From Squalus acanthias (taxonomy: Eukaryota), in contig CM059449.1 of assembly GCA_030390025.1 (NCBI GenBank), forward strand, positions 15,500,001 to 15,564,000: 64,000 nucleotides of DNA, written 5' to 3'. The position numbers and the translations under genes are program-made. Positions 62,245 through 64,000 of this stretch are shown here, in pieces. The stretch's first letter is position 1. Each line of letters opens with the position of its first letter. The notes under the pieces are model-generated. The model saw only the letters and a program-made list of their open reading frames with translations, was not told the origin of the DNA and ran no database searches.

Positions 62245-63720
62245 CAGATGAGTGAAAGAAGGAAAAGAGGGACAGAGATGGGAACCTAGATAGGAACAGA
62301 GAGAGGCGGAGAGAGAACAAAAGAGGTAGAGATGTGAAGAGAGAGATAGGGACAGAGAGAGAGAGGGACACAGATGGAGGTGACTGCTAAATGCCAGAAG
62401 TGGAAGATGCACTGTAACATTTAATATACGCACAGCACCAATCCTGGCCTGAGCGGGTACGCGGCACTGAGAGGGAGAGGCACGGGGATCGCCAGTGTTT
62501 GTGTGTTTACAATGAGGCAGAAACGGATTGGGAGACAGGCAGAGAGAAAGAAACGGTGAGGCAGAAAGATGCAGCTGGAATAATGGAGAGAGAGAGGCAG
62601 AAGGAGAGAAGCAGAAGGAGAGACAGAGAAATAGAGGGAGAGAGTAACAGTGGGAGAGACAAAGGGAGAGAGAGACACGCACAGAAACAGAGGGAGAGAG
62701 AGAGAGAGAGAGAGACAACAAGAACAACAAACATTTATACAGCGCCTTTAACGTGGTAAAACCTCCCAGGGCACTTCACAGGACCTTGAATAAAAAAAAT
62801 TGACACCGAGTCACATAAGGAGATATTAGGACAGATGACCAAAAGCTTAGTCAGAGGTAGGTTTCAAGCAGCGTCTTAAAGAAAGAAGGAGTTGACTGGG
62901 TTAAACACACAGGGCGAGACACAGGCTTTGGGGGTCTCCAGTGTGTAGTCACTGCCCCGCTCCCAGCCTCTGCAGAAAAGCCCCTCTGTCACACCCTTCC
63001 AGAATGTAGGGATTAAACCTAACTCCTGGAACGCCGAGTTTAAAAAGTGTCCCAAAGGAATCAGCAGCTTAATCCTAGTTTGTGGGAGCTTGCTGTGCAC
63101 TAATTGGCTGCCGCTTTTCCTACATTACAACAGTGACTACATTACAACAATGAGTTCATTGTCTGTAAAGCGCTCATGAGGTTGTGAAACTAAAGTCCTC
63201 AACATGACCCGTCGAAAGGCTTTTAATAATTCCAGAATAATGCTGGTGTTTTGGACAATGCGATGATTGTGACTGTTAAGTCAGATATGCGGTGGACATT
63301 TTAACGAGGTTCTGAGTGTAGCATTGTTTCTGTGTCTCTCTGCACCTGTTCCTGTATCTCTCTCTGATCCAACATTGCCCGGTTTAAACTAACATGCAAA
63401 GATAATATTGTCTCCATCTCTTGTTTCAGTTTCTCAGTCCCTCTCACTGATTCTGTATATTCTGTACATTAGTTTTTGTATGTTTCCCTCACCCTCTCTG
63501 TATCCTCGCCCTTTATCTTCTGTTCTCTCCCTCTGTTTAACAAATGGGGCGAACATATTAACAGGGAGAGAAAGAAACAGAGCGACAGGCACAGTGAAAA
63601 TTCACTCTCTTTGCCCAGTCCTGTGTGGGGATTTTGTGCGGGTGTTTCAGTGGCCAATGTGGGATCAATAGGTTTTAAATCAGCAAAAGAAATGTCCCTG
63701 GTCAGAGCAGTGCTGCCCTG
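60942..63720 (+). repeat. Copy of block 11995-14283, with an extra SINE insertion
   Basis: Direct similarity, interrupted at 63720 by a Penelope-like fragment. Confidence 0.85.
61072..61551 (-). mobile_element. HE1/V-SINE-type SINE with about 6-bp TSD (ATTTCA)
   Basis: Reverse complement of the same family, with a (TTTCTATG) tail. Empty site near 12123-12128. Confidence 0.85.
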
Positions 63721-64000
63721 ATACGATAGCAAAATACTGCGGATGCTAGAAATCCGAAATAACAACAGAAAACGCTGGAAAAACTCAGCAGGCCAGACAA
63801 CATCCATGGAGAGAGAAAGAGAGTTAACGTTTCAGGTCGAAACCCTTCGTCGGAACTGAAAGAGCAGGAAATAAACAGATGCAAGGGGGAGGCTGGGGGG
63901 AGGAATAAAAGAACAAAAGGGATGGTCTTTAGTAAGTAGAGACATTGAGAAATGCTCAAGGCAAGACGAGATGGTAATGGCACAGGTTGAGAAACAAAAG

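Noticed and set aside
61816-62730. 304-aa and other Leu/Ser-rich ORFs (also 12740-13331)
   Set aside because: These are translations of (CT)n/(GA)n low-complexity sequence.
1-64000. CRISPR arrays, operons or other prokaryotic systems
   Set aside because: The sequence is intron-containing vertebrate DNA with no regularly spaced repeat-spacer array.

Overview
Eukaryotic genomic DNA, most likely a cartilaginous fish (shark), judged from HE1/V-SINE-type SINEs, shark-type CR1/L2 LINE fragments and Penelope-like elements. Most ORFs in the supplied track are repeat-derived or spurious. Manual splicing reveals a tandemly duplicated cluster of NKp30/NCR3-like single-exon VJ-type Ig receptors of two opposite signalling types in alternating orientation. 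(1) A plus-strand ACTIVATING-type gene has a V exon at 1846-2184 and a stalk-Cys/TM-Lys/tailless exon at 4240-4361; its leader is probably just left of the window. A nonsense-mutated paralog lies at 38646-43921 and a truncated orphan exon at 17076-17134. (2) A minus-strand INHIBITORY-type gene is complete and in frame over 8 GT-AG exons (31748-21083, 368 aa): leader, two tandem V exons, a neutral TM, three micro-exons and a last exon with two canonical ITIMs (LQYATL, VLYASV). A frameshifted paralog lies at 48322-57353 and an orphan 3' remnant at 8631-11994. The activating/inhibitory cassette is present in three differently damaged copies, a birth-and-death pattern. Copy-specific insertions include a Penelope-like fold-back element carrying minimal hammerhead ribozyme motifs, a Harbinger-like MITE, a young CR1 and HE1-type SINEs. 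All exon calls were made by eye, with no database search or expression data. Repeat boundaries are approximate.
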